Sequence record: MH791411.1
DNA: 64,000 nt
Strand: one strand, 5' to 3'
This document shows positions 17,551-28,376 of this stretch, piece by piece. The notes below the pieces were generated by a model. The model ran no database searches. It saw only the letters and a list, made by a program, of their open reading frames with translations, and was not told the origin of the DNA. Position 1 is the first letter of the stretch. Each line of letters starts with the position of its first letter. Made by a program: the position numbers and the translations under genes.

Positions 17551-18060
17551 TTAACCACCGTACTTTGACTTATATGTTTCTAAAGATAAAGAAATGCGAT
17601 TTTGCTTTTTAATTCTTTCATCAATATCCTTTGAATTCTTAACACTTCTGTATACATCAGCTAATAAATTATAATCTTCTTTATTTGAGCTATGTAATGC
17701 CCAACCTATATCTGTTTTGATTCGAACATATGCTTTATTTGATGTGAAATAAAAATTGAATCCGTTAGACCCATCAAAAATATCATAAGTATTTACCCAA
17801 TCTCCATAAGGAAAACTCATTGGTACTGACTCATAATCAATGGTGATATCCGATAAATTTTTAGAACAGTACTTTACAAAGTGGTAAACAATCGGATCAC
17901 ATTTTGATAATTCGTATTTGTATTCAATGATAGTTTTTCTATTAGTATCATTGATGGCATATTCTTTTATCAATGGACTTTTTTTGATGATAAGAGTCCA
18001 TAGAAACGATTCTAATCCAGTTTCATCAACTTTTTCTTTCTTTTTGAAAAATGAAATCAT
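17551..18060 (-). CDS. hypothetical protein, tandem paralog 1 of 3
   Basis: D-R---IE-KY-LSK motif shared with next two ORFs. Confidence 0.8.
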   Translation of the reverse strand: MISFFKKKEKVDETGLESFLWTLIIKKSPLIKEYAINDTNRKTIIEYKYELSKCDPIVYHFVKYCSKNLSDITIDYESVPMSFPYGDWVNTYDIFDGSNGFNFYFTSNKAYVRIKTDIGWALHSSNKEDYNLLADVYRSVKNSKDIDERIKKQNRISLSLETYKSKYGG

Positions 18061-18578
18061 TTATATAAACCCTTAATTTTCTGTCTATTATGTATATCAT
18101 TTTGCTGAATTTTCAAATTAGTAAGATTGTGTCTTACACCTTCAACGCCACGCATTATTTGTAACATAATTAGTGATTCGTCATATGTTAGAACATTGCT
18201 ATTATTATCGATATATACTTTCACTCCACTTTCAAGATAATCATTTTCTTTGGAGTTAAAGTTTCTAATAGCAAACTTAACGCCATTTGTTGCATCACTG
18301 AATACATATCGTTCCGCACCGTAGAATGTTTTTCCACGAAATAAACCGCCTTCTTCAAACTTCCAACGACTGGATTCATAATCATTAACGTAATCAATGA
18401 TTAATGGTAGCAAAGGGTGTTTGCTCAATTTATATTTTGCTTCTAACAGAACACGACGATCTTGATCTGTATTGATGATATCTTTAAGTGTGAAACTTTT
18501 TGATATAATTTTAAAGATAATTTCATGCCAAATTAAAGTACTGTTTTGTTTTCCAACTGGGCCAAAAAACATATTCAT
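18057..18578 (-). CDS. hypothetical protein, tandem paralog 2 of 3
   Basis: DQDRRVLLEAKYKLSK. Confidence 0.8.
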   Translation of the reverse strand: MNMFFGPVGKQNSTLIWHEIIFKIISKSFTLKDIINTDQDRRVLLEAKYKLSKHPLLPLIIDYVNDYESSRWKFEEGGLFRGKTFYGAERYVFSDATNGVKFAIRNFNSKENDYLESGVKVYIDNNSNVLTYDESLIMLQIMRGVEGVRHNLTNLKIQQNDIHNRQKIKGLYK

Positions 18579-18584
18579 TCCTCA

Positions 18585-19151
18585 TTAGTATAAATCAGTA
18601 ATGTCTTTGTATGCATTAATCTGTTTTTGTTGTAATGAAAGTTCATTGAGTTTAGTTACCATTTTATCTACACCAACACGTATATAGAAAATAATAAATG
18701 AATCTAACTTGCCTAGAGTAATTCTTGAACTGTAAGTTGAAAGTTTTCTTGCATAAACATAAATTTCTTCTTCACTTGGTAAACGTTTCTCAATCAGCAA
18801 GTTTTCCACACCATTCGGCTCATAATCAATCTCGAACTCTACGCCTATCACAGTATCTTGAATGATATCAGTATATGAACCACCGAAAAAAAACTCTCTT
18901 GGTTTGGTTCTCCAACGAGGACTAAATGGGTCAGATGCGTATTCTTTTACAAATTTGTAAAAGGACATTTTACTGAGCATATACTTCATCTCAATTAGTG
19001 CTTTGCGGTCATCATCAGTTTTAAACTCTGCTTTGAGCGATGGACTTTTACACAGTAACTTAACTAAATTGTTGTACATCTTTAATGTACGTTGGTCTTT
19101 CATTTCTTGGATTTTGTGACGCTTTGGTGGTGGTAGTAAAGATTTGACCAT
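18585..19151 (-). CDS. hypothetical protein, tandem paralog 3 of 3
   Basis: DDDRKALIEMKYMLSK. Confidence 0.8.
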   Translation of the reverse strand: MVKSLLPPPKRHKIQEMKDQRTLKMYNNLVKLLCKSPSLKAEFKTDDDRKALIEMKYMLSKMSFYKFVKEYASDPFSPRWRTKPREFFFGGSYTDIIQDTVIGVEFEIDYEPNGVENLLIEKRLPSEEEIYVYARKLSTYSSRITLGKLDSFIIFYIRVGVDKMVTKLNELSLQQKQINAYKDITDLY

Positions 19152-19174
19152 AATTTCCTCCTGTATTTTCTAGC

Positions 19175-19203
19175 ATTATACACATAAAAGAAAAGCCCGT
19201 CAA
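19175..19203 (-). promoter_or_regulatory. sigma70-type promoter overlapping terminator
   Basis: TTGACG-17 nt-TATAAT with TG extension. Confidence 0.75.
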
Positions 19204-19214
19204 TAGACGAGCTT
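19186..19214 (-). terminator. intrinsic terminator after structural genes
   Basis: AAGCTCGTC/GACGGGCTT stem plus U-tract. Confidence 0.75.
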
Positions 19215-19221
19215 AAAATTT

Positions 19222-21951
19222 TTAATGCCAACGTGTACCAGAGCTTGAAGGAACACCAGTACTTGCGGGGATAGCAGAACCACGCTTGGTCGTACTAGGT
19301 CTGTATGTCAAGAATCGGGTTACCTTTTCAGTATCAATTGACGTAATACTCGTACTTCCAGTAACAATATCACCAACATATACGTTTGTCAATGTCTCAT
19401 CAAGAAGAGTTGTACTGATAACGTATGCCGCTTTTCTTGTGTTACGGTTCATTTGAATGTAAAGATAAAAAGTACTGTTAGCTGGGTTAGTTTTAATAGT
19501 ACTTAATTCTATGGTTTGAATCGCCAATCTATCAAACATACCACCAAGGAATACCGGAACTTCACGGGTGAAGTACACAGTGAAACCTTCAGCAACATCT
19601 TGTGAAACTACTACGATTTTATCTTGTACAGTTCCTGAACCATCAATCAACCCATCCATCTGTGCTGATGTTGTCCCAAAGAGACTAAACACTGCTTTAG
19701 TTTGATAATCTGAATCTTGAAGATGATAGTATCCAAATCCAACACCTGGTATAACTCCGTGCTGGAATGCATTGCCATTATCTATGTAGCTGGATGACAT
19801 AAATCGGTTAGATGTAATCAAACCATTCACTGTTTTAGCAATCATCAATTTGAATTGAGCATTACCAGGTTGTGAAAACTGATGAACTGCATCAACACCA
19901 ATATAACCAAAACCAGAATACTTAGCAACAGTTAGACCAGTACAGCGTTTCATATAGGCTTCGGTTACAATACCTGTTACAGAATTAAGTGTTTCGTATC
20001 TAGAACTCACCATAGACGCAGAACTAATATTGGTTCCTGAAACCGTGACATCAACTTCAGAATATATTGCATAACCTTGGTTATTTCCTAAGTTATATGC
20101 AGAAACCACCGCAATAGATTTTGAGAAAGAACTATCTGGTACATAATATAAAGCAATTTTACCAGAAAATGCTCCTACTATTCCAATATTAGCAAGTATT
20201 TCTTGTTTTAATGTTTCCAGAACATTATCACCAATTGTATAAGAACCATCAAATTCTAAAGTATCTGGGTTAAACAAACCACCACTTGTTTTGTATACAC
20301 CTTCAATGAATGATGTCCCATAACATTTAACTGAACCGTCAGTATCAATTAGTGAAATCATACCTGTATATTTGAAATCATCACCAAGACGAGTTCGGTT
20401 AGCTTGTGGTGCAAAACCATTAAGTGTTGTATTGTTTTGTACTGAATTGAACTGGAAGGTTGGATCAGTACCAATTTCAGAAAATACTGTATTGTTATAA
20501 CCATATGACTCATCTTCATATGTTCCAGAACATGCTAACAGTACTTTACGTTTATCAATAAAACGTGTTCCTAAAAGGTTTTCACCTACTGCACTACCAT
20601 ATGTTGGGGCAACGTTTACAAATTTAGAATTGTTCGCTTTGCGAGTACTGGCAACCCAACTATCATATGGTGTTCCTGTTACGTTATAAACCTGAATACC
20701 ATAGGTTTCAGAAGAACTCCAACGAGCACGTGTGCTGAATACTAAACCGTCATAGGTTTGGCATATAGAACCAACGTTACCTAATTGTGGAACACCTAAC
20801 TGTGTACCCATGAAGTTATTCATCTCAATGGCAAATGGGTTTGTTAGTGTGAATCCATCAACATCATTATATTCCGCTGCTATTGGTGCTCTACTACTTC
20901 CATCAATTGATAATGATTTAGAGTTGATAGTATAAACAAAACTAAAACCACTAGCATAAACAGTACTAATATATAGATTTGATACTAAACGGTTAGTTGG
21001 GAATAATGTAATTCTAATCTTTGATAAATCTGGACTTACGTTTGCTTGTATATTATAATCTGTATAATCTGAATATTCAACTCGTGTAACTGGTGAAGTG
21101 CATTCAAATAATGAATCACTACTAGTTCCAACTGAATATAATCTTTCATAAATTTTCAAATTATTAGCACTTGTGTAGTTAACACTTCTTAAGGTTTGAC
21201 CAGAAAAACCAGTAACCTTAGCAAAAGTACTCATAGTACCATCTTTAATACTACTTGTATTAACAGTATATAATGTTAAAGCCAAACCATAGTTTGCTAT
21301 AGTAGTGTCTTTGCACCACACAAATACTTTATCATTAACGATATGTGCATACAATGGTTTATCTGTACCAAATGATGTAGCAGCGATAGAAGCGTGAATA
21401 TGTGCAACTTCGTTAAATGTACCATTTGTTAAAGTGAAAATATAATTACTTGCACTAGATAGGCTAACTAGTAATTCATAACCATTCGTTCCGATGAACT
21501 GTTTAACATTTTCAGTACTTGGAAGAATTCTAGGATGATATTTTGATGTAGTACTGATAACACTACTTTGTGTTAGTGCATCAATATTACGCAAATCACG
21601 AATGAATGCATAGTAATATCCTTCAGTACTACCATTTGTACCAGCACGTAATACCACACCAGTACCATCATCTTCGACTATTGTTGGTTGCATACGGTAT
21701 ACATCTGAAAGCGACGTTGCCCCTTCGTATGAACCATTAACGTTTAATGGTAGATAATCCATTTCCCCTATACGGGAGATTGGTAACATATCAAGTATTT
21801 TTTGAACTTCTGATCTTTTATAAATTGGATAGTCAACAATACCTGTATTTGCGTCTGGTGCTGTACCATTAAAAGTACGCATAGCGTACTTTCCACCAAT
21901 TGCCAAATTTCCAAGTATAGCAGCACTACCAATGATGCGTTTGGATGACAT
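19222..21951 (-). CDS. large virion structural / tail-fibre-like protein
   Basis: 909 aa, S/T/G-rich beta content; N- and C-terminal regions homologous to 22568..25264. Confidence 0.65.
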   Translation of the reverse strand: MSSKRIIGSAAILGNLAIGGKYAMRTFNGTAPDANTGIVDYPIYKRSEVQKILDMLPISRIGEMDYLPLNVNGSYEGATSLSDVYRMQPTIVEDDGTGVVLRAGTNGSTEGYYYAFIRDLRNIDALTQSSVISTTSKYHPRILPSTENVKQFIGTNGYELLVSLSSASNYIFTLTNGTFNEVAHIHASIAATSFGTDKPLYAHIVNDKVFVWCKDTTIANYGLALTLYTVNTSSIKDGTMSTFAKVTGFSGQTLRSVNYTSANNLKIYERLYSVGTSSDSLFECTSPVTRVEYSDYTDYNIQANVSPDLSKIRITLFPTNRLVSNLYISTVYASGFSFVYTINSKSLSIDGSSRAPIAAEYNDVDGFTLTNPFAIEMNNFMGTQLGVPQLGNVGSICQTYDGLVFSTRARWSSSETYGIQVYNVTGTPYDSWVASTRKANNSKFVNVAPTYGSAVGENLLGTRFIDKRKVLLACSGTYEDESYGYNNTVFSEIGTDPTFQFNSVQNNTTLNGFAPQANRTRLGDDFKYTGMISLIDTDGSVKCYGTSFIEGVYKTSGGLFNPDTLEFDGSYTIGDNVLETLKQEILANIGIVGAFSGKIALYYVPDSSFSKSIAVVSAYNLGNNQGYAIYSEVDVTVSGTNISSASMVSSRYETLNSVTGIVTEAYMKRCTGLTVAKYSGFGYIGVDAVHQFSQPGNAQFKLMIAKTVNGLITSNRFMSSSYIDNGNAFQHGVIPGVGFGYYHLQDSDYQTKAVFSLFGTTSAQMDGLIDGSGTVQDKIVVVSQDVAEGFTVYFTREVPVFLGGMFDRLAIQTIELSTIKTNPANSTFYLYIQMNRNTRKAAYVISTTLLDETLTNVYVGDIVTGSTSITSIDTEKVTRFLTYRPSTTKRGSAIPASTGVPSSSGTRWH

Positions 21952-21967
21952 ATTCTTTTTCCTTTAA

Positions 21968-22555
21968 TTACCAGCCTAATGTACCAGTTTGTGTTGGATT
22001 TCCAGTACTGACTGGGAAAGATGAACCTTTTTGTGTTGTACTTGGTCTGTATGTATTGAATCGTGATACGCGTTCAATGTTGATAGCAGTAATACCAGAA
22101 GTTCCAACGGTAATAGTCCCGATGAACATTATAATCTGTGATTCTTGTAATTGTGAAGTTGAGATTCTATAAATTGGCTCTCCCAGTACTAAAGTAGCGT
22201 ATACATATTGTGTTTGTGTGCCTGATGCCACTGTTGGTGCTGTCACTGCAACAACAGGGTAATTATAAAGATAGCCACCGATGAATGCAGGTATCTCTCG
22301 GTTAAAACGTAATGAATAACCGCTTGATGTAATTGACAAACTAGATACATCATAAAGTTCACCATATTGTGATAATGGTAAACCGTTAACAATAGAATCA
22401 ACTTCATCTTTTGTTAAGAGGGGGAATGTACATTCCCCATTTGCGTCTGTTCGATACGATACGTCATTAATATCACTAATAGATAGTCCAGTGTTTTTAT
22501 TCTGGACTACGATTTGTGACATAGCTTCGATATCGGATCTTATAATATATGCCAT
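21968..22555 (-). CDS. short paralog of the structural proteins (shared C-terminal domain)
   Basis: RF--YRPSTT-KGSSFPVSTG-P--GT--W tail shared with both neighbours. Confidence 0.65.
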   Translation of the reverse strand: MAYIIRSDIEAMSQIVVQNKNTGLSISDINDVSYRTDANGECTFPLLTKDEVDSIVNGLPLSQYGELYDVSSLSITSSGYSLRFNREIPAFIGGYLYNYPVVAVTAPTVASGTQTQYVYATLVLGEPIYRISTSQLQESQIIMFIGTITVGTSGITAINIERVSRFNTYRPSTTQKGSSFPVSTGNPTQTGTLGW

Positions 22556-22567
22556 AAGATTAATCCT

Positions 22568-25264
22568 TTACCAATTGATTGTTCCTGTTTGTGACGGTAG
22601 ACCATAACTAACTGGGAATGAAGAACCAGCAGCTTCAAGAGACGCACCGAAAATATCCAATCTTGAACGTTTTTGTATGTTAACATTTGATATTTGTAGT
22701 GAGTTTGTTTGTATAGTACCTATCCAGAAAATATTATATGCTGTAGAACCAGTTTCTGAAATAACATCAGTTGTTATTACATATTTTGCATTACCTTGTT
22801 CCATTTTAACATATACATGAAATAATGTGTTTGCTGGATTAGCCTTAACTGTAGTTAAGTTTATACTAGTAATCGGTAATGTAAATGCTTTACCAGAAAG
22901 AATTACTGGAGTTTCTTCTGTGAAGTACACAATAAAACCTTGAGCAACGTCTTGTGAAACTACGTTAATCGGTGCACCTTGAGCAGTCCAGTTATTATAA
23001 TCAGCAATTGTAGTACCACATTTTTGGAAAGTCATTTTGTTTACATAGTCTATTGCTTGGAAATAACCAAAACCAATACCAGGTAAAGCTGCTGGTTGAA
23101 TACCTTGCTCATAACTTGCATGTGAACCACTGATAATAAAACTATCAAATTGTGCAGTTGCTTTTGTTACATATGCTCTGAATTGGTGTGTGTTTGTATT
23201 ACCAATAGTTGGGTGAGATAATGGGTCAGAACCACCTATGAAGTAGAAAGAACCACCATCATATATTGTTAAACCAACAGAAGACGAAGCAAAACTACCA
23301 TTACCATTTGGTGTAAAGTTACTTCCGTAAACGTTTTCTAGTACTAAACGCTTGAAGGTAATTGTAGTGATATTACCTGAACGTGTATTCACATTCACTT
23401 CAGCAATTCTAATATAGTTCTGATATGTATTTGTAACTGTACTTAGCATTACGAATGCAGGTATATCAGTTTGTTGTGGAACAAACAATGTCATATCTTT
23501 ATAAGCAGCGGAAGATAAGTTCCAGTCGCTTAGTACTTTGGCGTATTCAGCATTTCTGAAATTATCAAGTACAGATTGAGTAACACTAATGATACCAGTT
23601 CCGTTCATATTTTTATCATATGATAGTGATTGGGAATATCTCTGACCTACCATGAATATCCCACCATTTGTAGTAACATTATTACCACTAATGGAACTAA
23701 TAAAAACTCTGTTGTTCGTGTTATCTGTCACATTAGCACGTTCTGTTGTTGGCTCATAACCTTGTATGGTTCCACGTGATAAAGAATTAAACGTAAAGTT
23801 AGGAGTACTTTTATGAACTGCATAAGATGGACGGAATGCACCAGAACCAGTTGAACGAGAATACTGTTTAGTACTGTTCCCTGGAAGCAATTCTACGCCG
23901 TTAATAAAAGAACCAACTGCTGAACCAAATGAAGGACGAACTATGCCATTTCTGAAATCAGTTGAAATGTTCGCACGTACATTAATCATGCTATATATTG
24001 ATTGTGCAGTAAATTTAGCTTTCTGCATAAGCAATGGTTCTGCTAAGTTTGGACATGCAGTACAGAATACTTCACCTGTATTCAGATAATAATATGAACT
24101 GTAAATGTTTCTTGCACCGCTATGGTCATATAAAGGATCTTTGTTGAGAACGTTACCAGTAGCAACCAATGCCGAACCTGTGTTTGTAACAACAAATGGT
24201 GCAGCAAATGTACCAATATCGTTCCCATTATCCAAGTTACATTGTTTAGTACTCATGTTAAAATTGAAACTATAACTATGCTGTGGTCGGGTATTGTAGT
24301 TTGCCATAGTGAACCATGCGTCACCATTCATTCTGAATCGGAAGTTCTGCGTTCCTGGCTCCTGAGCAACATATAAATCGATAGATGTCATATAAATCCC
24401 CATACCAGCCAAATTTTGTGGTACATAGACATATGGCTTATCAGCAATATTAGTTGAGTTAACATGGTCAGTAATGATTATATTATTCTGAGCAGTATAT
24501 GTAGTATTGTAAAAAGTTTTTGTTGTCCATCCCGTGATTCGGGTAGCAGTATAAGTACCGTTTGCAATATTCAATACAACACGAACAACAACAATCTGTA
24601 GTTTGTTATTTTCATTAAGGACGTTGAATACATAAACTGAACCGTCTTCTGCCATCATAGCATACTCAATCCCACCTTCAGGTGAAATATCAGCTTGGTT
24701 CACAAAAAGACCACTATGTTGTGTATCATCCAATGTACCATTCGTTACTGATATAAACAACCCATTAGTATTGGTAGATGTGTCATTGTAACGACCTAAT
24801 AGTATTTTTGAATCAGTATTGTATAAACCAATAGCAACACGGTTTGCCCCAAAATAGCCAGGCTTATACTGACGGCTTGTATTAACAGTACGGCTCATAT
24901 CGGTAACGGATAATGCGTTCGCTAGGTAAGAATAAAATAAACCTTCAACACTACCGTTTGTACCACTACGTAATAGTACTAATGTGCCATCGTTTTCTAA
25001 AAGTATTTTGTTTCTACGTTGGGATTGGTTTTCTGATGCACCATTAAAATCACCAGATACCCCAGCAGGTAGATAGTTATGTGTACCATAATGCGAGATT
25101 GGAAGTAAACTAATTACATCAAGTAATTCTTCTTTGGAATATGTATCAATTTCCATATTACCATTAGCATCAAATACTTGATCATTGATGCCCTGTACTG
25201 TTCTTTTCCCTTTAACTGTCACATTATGAGTGACGTCTAAGCCACCATATATTTTCTTTGACAT
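22568..25264 (-). CDS. large virion structural / tail-fibre-like protein
   Basis: 898 aa paralog of 19222..21951 (LE-DGT-V-LR-GTNGS-EG; SQDVA-GF-VYFT). Confidence 0.65.
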   Translation of the reverse strand: MSKKIYGGLDVTHNVTVKGKRTVQGINDQVFDANGNMEIDTYSKEELLDVISLLPISHYGTHNYLPAGVSGDFNGASENQSQRRNKILLENDGTLVLLRSGTNGSVEGLFYSYLANALSVTDMSRTVNTSRQYKPGYFGANRVAIGLYNTDSKILLGRYNDTSTNTNGLFISVTNGTLDDTQHSGLFVNQADISPEGGIEYAMMAEDGSVYVFNVLNENNKLQIVVVRVVLNIANGTYTATRITGWTTKTFYNTTYTAQNNIIITDHVNSTNIADKPYVYVPQNLAGMGIYMTSIDLYVAQEPGTQNFRFRMNGDAWFTMANYNTRPQHSYSFNFNMSTKQCNLDNGNDIGTFAAPFVVTNTGSALVATGNVLNKDPLYDHSGARNIYSSYYYLNTGEVFCTACPNLAEPLLMQKAKFTAQSIYSMINVRANISTDFRNGIVRPSFGSAVGSFINGVELLPGNSTKQYSRSTGSGAFRPSYAVHKSTPNFTFNSLSRGTIQGYEPTTERANVTDNTNNRVFISSISGNNVTTNGGIFMVGQRYSQSLSYDKNMNGTGIISVTQSVLDNFRNAEYAKVLSDWNLSSAAYKDMTLFVPQQTDIPAFVMLSTVTNTYQNYIRIAEVNVNTRSGNITTITFKRLVLENVYGSNFTPNGNGSFASSSVGLTIYDGGSFYFIGGSDPLSHPTIGNTNTHQFRAYVTKATAQFDSFIISGSHASYEQGIQPAALPGIGFGYFQAIDYVNKMTFQKCGTTIADYNNWTAQGAPINVVSQDVAQGFIVYFTEETPVILSGKAFTLPITSINLTTVKANPANTLFHVYVKMEQGNAKYVITTDVISETGSTAYNIFWIGTIQTNSLQISNVNIQKRSRLDIFGASLEAAGSSFPVSYGLPSQTGTINW

Positions 25265-25312
25265 ACATATCCTTGTAATTTAGATATTAGTTACTGTATT
25301 TATGAATGTAAT

Positions 25313-25335
25313 AAAAAAGCACCCATTGGGTGCTT
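25313..25335 (-). terminator. intrinsic terminator after nrdG
   Basis: AAGCACCC/GGGTGCTT stem plus U-tract. Confidence 0.8.
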
Positions 25336-25339
25336 GTGT

Positions 25340-25810
25340 TTAAAAGTCTTTATTTTTATATAAAATTCGTTGGTTATTTGAACCACGAAATGGTAATGTT
25401 AAATTCTTTTCTTCTGAAACAAATTTACCATCAACTAATACATCTAAGTACTGAAGAATGTCTTTAGCATGATTATTCATAATCTCTTCTAAAGTATATC
25501 CACTCCAGCACCAAATAGTTTTATTGGGATAAGTCTCTTTTACAATCTTACATAGTTCTAAAATTGTTTCTATGTTCTTTTTCATTAGAGGATCTCCACC
25601 AAGGAGGGATAATCCACTAACGTAAGGCTTACTGAGTTCAGCTAAAATTATATCAATTGTATCAGTACTGAACTCTTGTCCACTTCTATAATCCCATGCT
25701 TCTTCATTGAAGCATCCGTCACACCCATGACTGCACCCACTAACAAAAAGGGAGCATCTTACTCCCTCCCCATTAATAAGGTCGTCTTTAATTATCGTCT
25801 GGTAATTCAT
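25340..25810 (-). CDS. nrdG: anaerobic ribonucleotide reductase activating protein (radical SAM)
   Basis: INGEGVRCSLFVSGCSHGCDGCFN (CxxxCxxC), GGDPL, RGSNNQR. Confidence 0.97.
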   Translation of the reverse strand: MNYQTIIKDDLINGEGVRCSLFVSGCSHGCDGCFNEEAWDYRSGQEFSTDTIDIILAELSKPYVSGLSLLGGDPLMKKNIETILELCKIVKETYPNKTIWCWSGYTLEEIMNNHAKDILQYLDVLVDGKFVSEEKNLTLPFRGSNNQRILYKNKDF

Positions 25811-26114
25811 CTAATATTGCACTCACTATCTCAACGAGAACATCACCATGACATGATTTCGGTTTACAGAAACAGCCAAGACGTTTCCCTGCTAACTCAA
25901 GTAAATCATCAATCTGAACTTCACCGTTAGAAATACGCTCAATAATGTATTCTCTGAACTTTTCGATTGATTCTTCCCTTGTAGCAACAATGAACTCGGC
26001 TTTGGTCTGTTTATCACTGATATGGGTAAATGGGTTGCCCCATTTAGACCCACGACCGATATACACATCATACGGTTCTTTATATTTGTTAACCACAATT
26101 GGCTTTAAATCCAT
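25788..26114 (-). CDS. DUF4326-like protein
   Basis: YDVYIGRGSKWGNPF...LAGKRLGCFCKPKSCHGDVL. Confidence 0.85.
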   Translation of the reverse strand: MDLKPIVVNKYKEPYDVYIGRGSKWGNPFTHISDKQTKAEFIVATREESIEKFREYIIERISNGEVQIDDLLELAGKRLGCFCKPKSCHGDVLVEIVSAILDELPDDN

Positions 26115-26122
26115 AATGTACC

Positions 26123-27955
26123 TTATTTGTGTTGTATACGCTCACAACATTCTTGTTGTTTGCCTTTGTTGAATCCACGAGACGATGGGTTCCCCAAATA
26201 TCCAGAAACACGACGAATCACTGAGATTGTCTTCTCATTGCGATTATCACATACTGGACAATGAAAACCGTGTTTATCTACACTGAACTCACCTTTATAC
26301 CCACACTCGTAACACTGGTCAATTGGCTGGTTGATGCCAAAATATGGAATCTTTGTGTAAGCGTAATTGACTAAAGTCTCAAGTGCTTGAATATTGTTAC
26401 TTAGGTTGGGTGATTCCACATAACTGATGTTTCCTCCATTACTGAGGTAAGCAAAGCCCTCTTCGTAGCTCCACTTATCAAATGCAGAACTTTCTACCCA
26501 TACTGGTTGATGGAAGGAATTTGTGATGTAATCACGTTTTAGTACTGAAGGGTATTTAGATTCGATGCAACGTGCAAATTTGTAGCAAAGTGACTCTGCT
26601 GGGGTTCCATATAGACTAAAAGCTATATTACTCTCTTTTTTGAACTCATCGCATTTTACTTTCATATAATTCAGTACTGACATACAGAACTCCTTACTGA
26701 TAGAACCAGTCAGAATTTCTGAACATTCAACTAAACCAACGTAACCAATACTAATACTAGCATATCCGTTATAAAATAGCTTGTCAATCGTTTCTTCTGC
26801 CCCTAAACGTGAAAGTGCACCTTCCATGAACAAAATCGGATTCTGCTTCGCTTTTGTGCCTTTTAAACGCTCTACGCGGTTCATCTGAGCACGATATGCA
26901 ATATTCATATGCTCGTCTATTTTATCAAAAAACTCTCCATCTGAGGCACTTTCAAGAGCAATTAGAGGTAAATTGATAGAAACCACGCCTAAGTTGAAAC
27001 GACCGTTATATTGCTCATTTCCATTGGAATCTTCCCATTTTCCTAAAAATGAACGACAACCCATAGGAGTTACTGCTGTACTGCTACTTCCTGTAACTTT
27101 GTGATTTAACGGCACAGAAACGAAGTCTGGGTAGATTCTCTTCGATGCACAACGCATTGCCAACTGTTTCATGTCATAGTTGCAATCATCGCTATTCATG
27201 TTGATTCCGTCCTGTAAAAAGAAAATTACTTTAGGAAACACAGGAGTGATCTTATCTTTACCTAAACCATTCTCATGTACTTTTAAGTACTGTTCAGTGA
27301 TTAATTTACCAAATTTTGAAGTATTCAGTCCTAAACTAAGAGAAATGAATGCTGCTTGACCATTTGTACTAATCATTGAATTTGTCTGGTAAAGTAAGGT
27401 TTGACACCCATCATAGACTTCTTTTCGTAATTCTTCCTCAATGTATTCAGTACTGAGATTATATGCCTTTTGCTTCGCTAATAGCTTATCCCACGACTTT
27501 TGGACGTAAGGTTCAAGACCAACGTCGATATGAGCCAACGATTGACCACCGTACTGGGAACTAGCAACAGCTTGTACAATTTGTGTCAGTACTGTACATG
27601 CTACACTAAAACTCTTTGGTTCTTCAATTTTGGCACAACCAATGGTAAATCCATTTTTTAGCATATCTGGGTAGTTAACTAAGCAACAGTTAGTTAATGG
27701 GCTGATATAGTAGTCTAAATCATGAATATGACCATAACCATCATTATGCCACTGCATTAGCTCCTTTGGAATAACATCTTGTGAATAATGCTTAGATAGG
27801 ATACCAGCAAGTAAATCCCTGTGTGTATTGACGCATTTCGCATCTTTGTTTGCATTTTCATTTGTAAGATCAGTATTGCTCTGATTTAGGAAATTTGTTA
27901 CGTCAGTATATAATTTATCTAATTGCATTTTACTTTCCTTGTATTTTGAAATCAT
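26123..27955 (-). CDS. nrdD: anaerobic ribonucleoside-triphosphate reductase (class III)
   Basis: HIHDLDY, TNCCL, TPMGCR, TPAESL, YITNSFH, two C-terminal CxxC, RRVSGYL glycyl-radical motif; true start may be MQLDK. Confidence 0.97.
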   Translation of the reverse strand: MISKYKESKMQLDKLYTDVTNFLNQSNTDLTNENANKDAKCVNTHRDLLAGILSKHYSQDVIPKELMQWHNDGYGHIHDLDYYISPLTNCCLVNYPDMLKNGFTIGCAKIEEPKSFSVACTVLTQIVQAVASSQYGGQSLAHIDVGLEPYVQKSWDKLLAKQKAYNLSTEYIEEELRKEVYDGCQTLLYQTNSMISTNGQAAFISLSLGLNTSKFGKLITEQYLKVHENGLGKDKITPVFPKVIFFLQDGINMNSDDCNYDMKQLAMRCASKRIYPDFVSVPLNHKVTGSSSTAVTPMGCRSFLGKWEDSNGNEQYNGRFNLGVVSINLPLIALESASDGEFFDKIDEHMNIAYRAQMNRVERLKGTKAKQNPILFMEGALSRLGAEETIDKLFYNGYASISIGYVGLVECSEILTGSISKEFCMSVLNYMKVKCDEFKKESNIAFSLYGTPAESLCYKFARCIESKYPSVLKRDYITNSFHQPVWVESSAFDKWSYEEGFAYLSNGGNISYVESPNLSNNIQALETLVNYAYTKIPYFGINQPIDQCYECGYKGEFSVDKHGFHCPVCDNRNEKTISVIRRVSGYLGNPSSRGFNKGKQQECCERIQHK

Positions 27956-28066
27956 CTGGGGGTGAAGTTATTTAACATCACCAGACACCATTATAGCGTC
28001 AGAACAGGGTATTTCTCTTGACCTATATCAAGGAAAGGTCACATTGCTTTATATTTGTACAAATAG

Positions 28067-28089
28067 AAAAAGCACCACTAGGGTGCTTT
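28067..28089 (-). terminator. intrinsic terminator
   Basis: AAAGCACC/GGTGCTTT stem plus U-tract. Confidence 0.75.
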
Positions 28090-28204
28090 AAAGTACTGCT
28101 AATATAAAAACTGCCCAAATTAGCAGTACTACATTGGTTGGAGCGGCAAAAAACATATATGCAGCAATTGCACTGCATCCGATTACAAGTTTAGCTAGTC
28201 TCAT
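28088..28204 (-). CDS. 38-aa membrane peptide
   Basis: MRLAKLVIGCSAIAAYMFFAAPTNVVLLIWAVFILAVL; ends at terminator; not in ORF track. Confidence 0.6.
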   Translation of the reverse strand: MRLAKLVIGCSAIAAYMFFAAPTNVVLLIWAVFILAVL

Positions 28205-28376
28205 CTGGACTCCATGTAATAGTCACAGTAAATGTGCCTTCTTGGAAACCAAACTCATCTTGTGGGATTTGTCCAGCTAATGGGTTAAATCTTGAATCGA
28301 ATGCTTCATGTACGTCTCGCTGAATATCATAGAGACTTTCACCATCGTATTCTTTTTTAAAGATTTCATTCTGCAT
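28191..28376 (-). CDS. hypothetical protein
   Basis: 61 aa ORF. Confidence 0.7.
   Translation of the reverse strand: MQNEIFKKEYDGESLYDIQRDVHEAFDSRFNPLAGQIPQDEFGFQEGTFTVTITWSPDETS

Noticed and set aside
28015-28062. NrdR boxes upstream of nrdD
   Set aside because: Only partial matches in AT-rich DNA.
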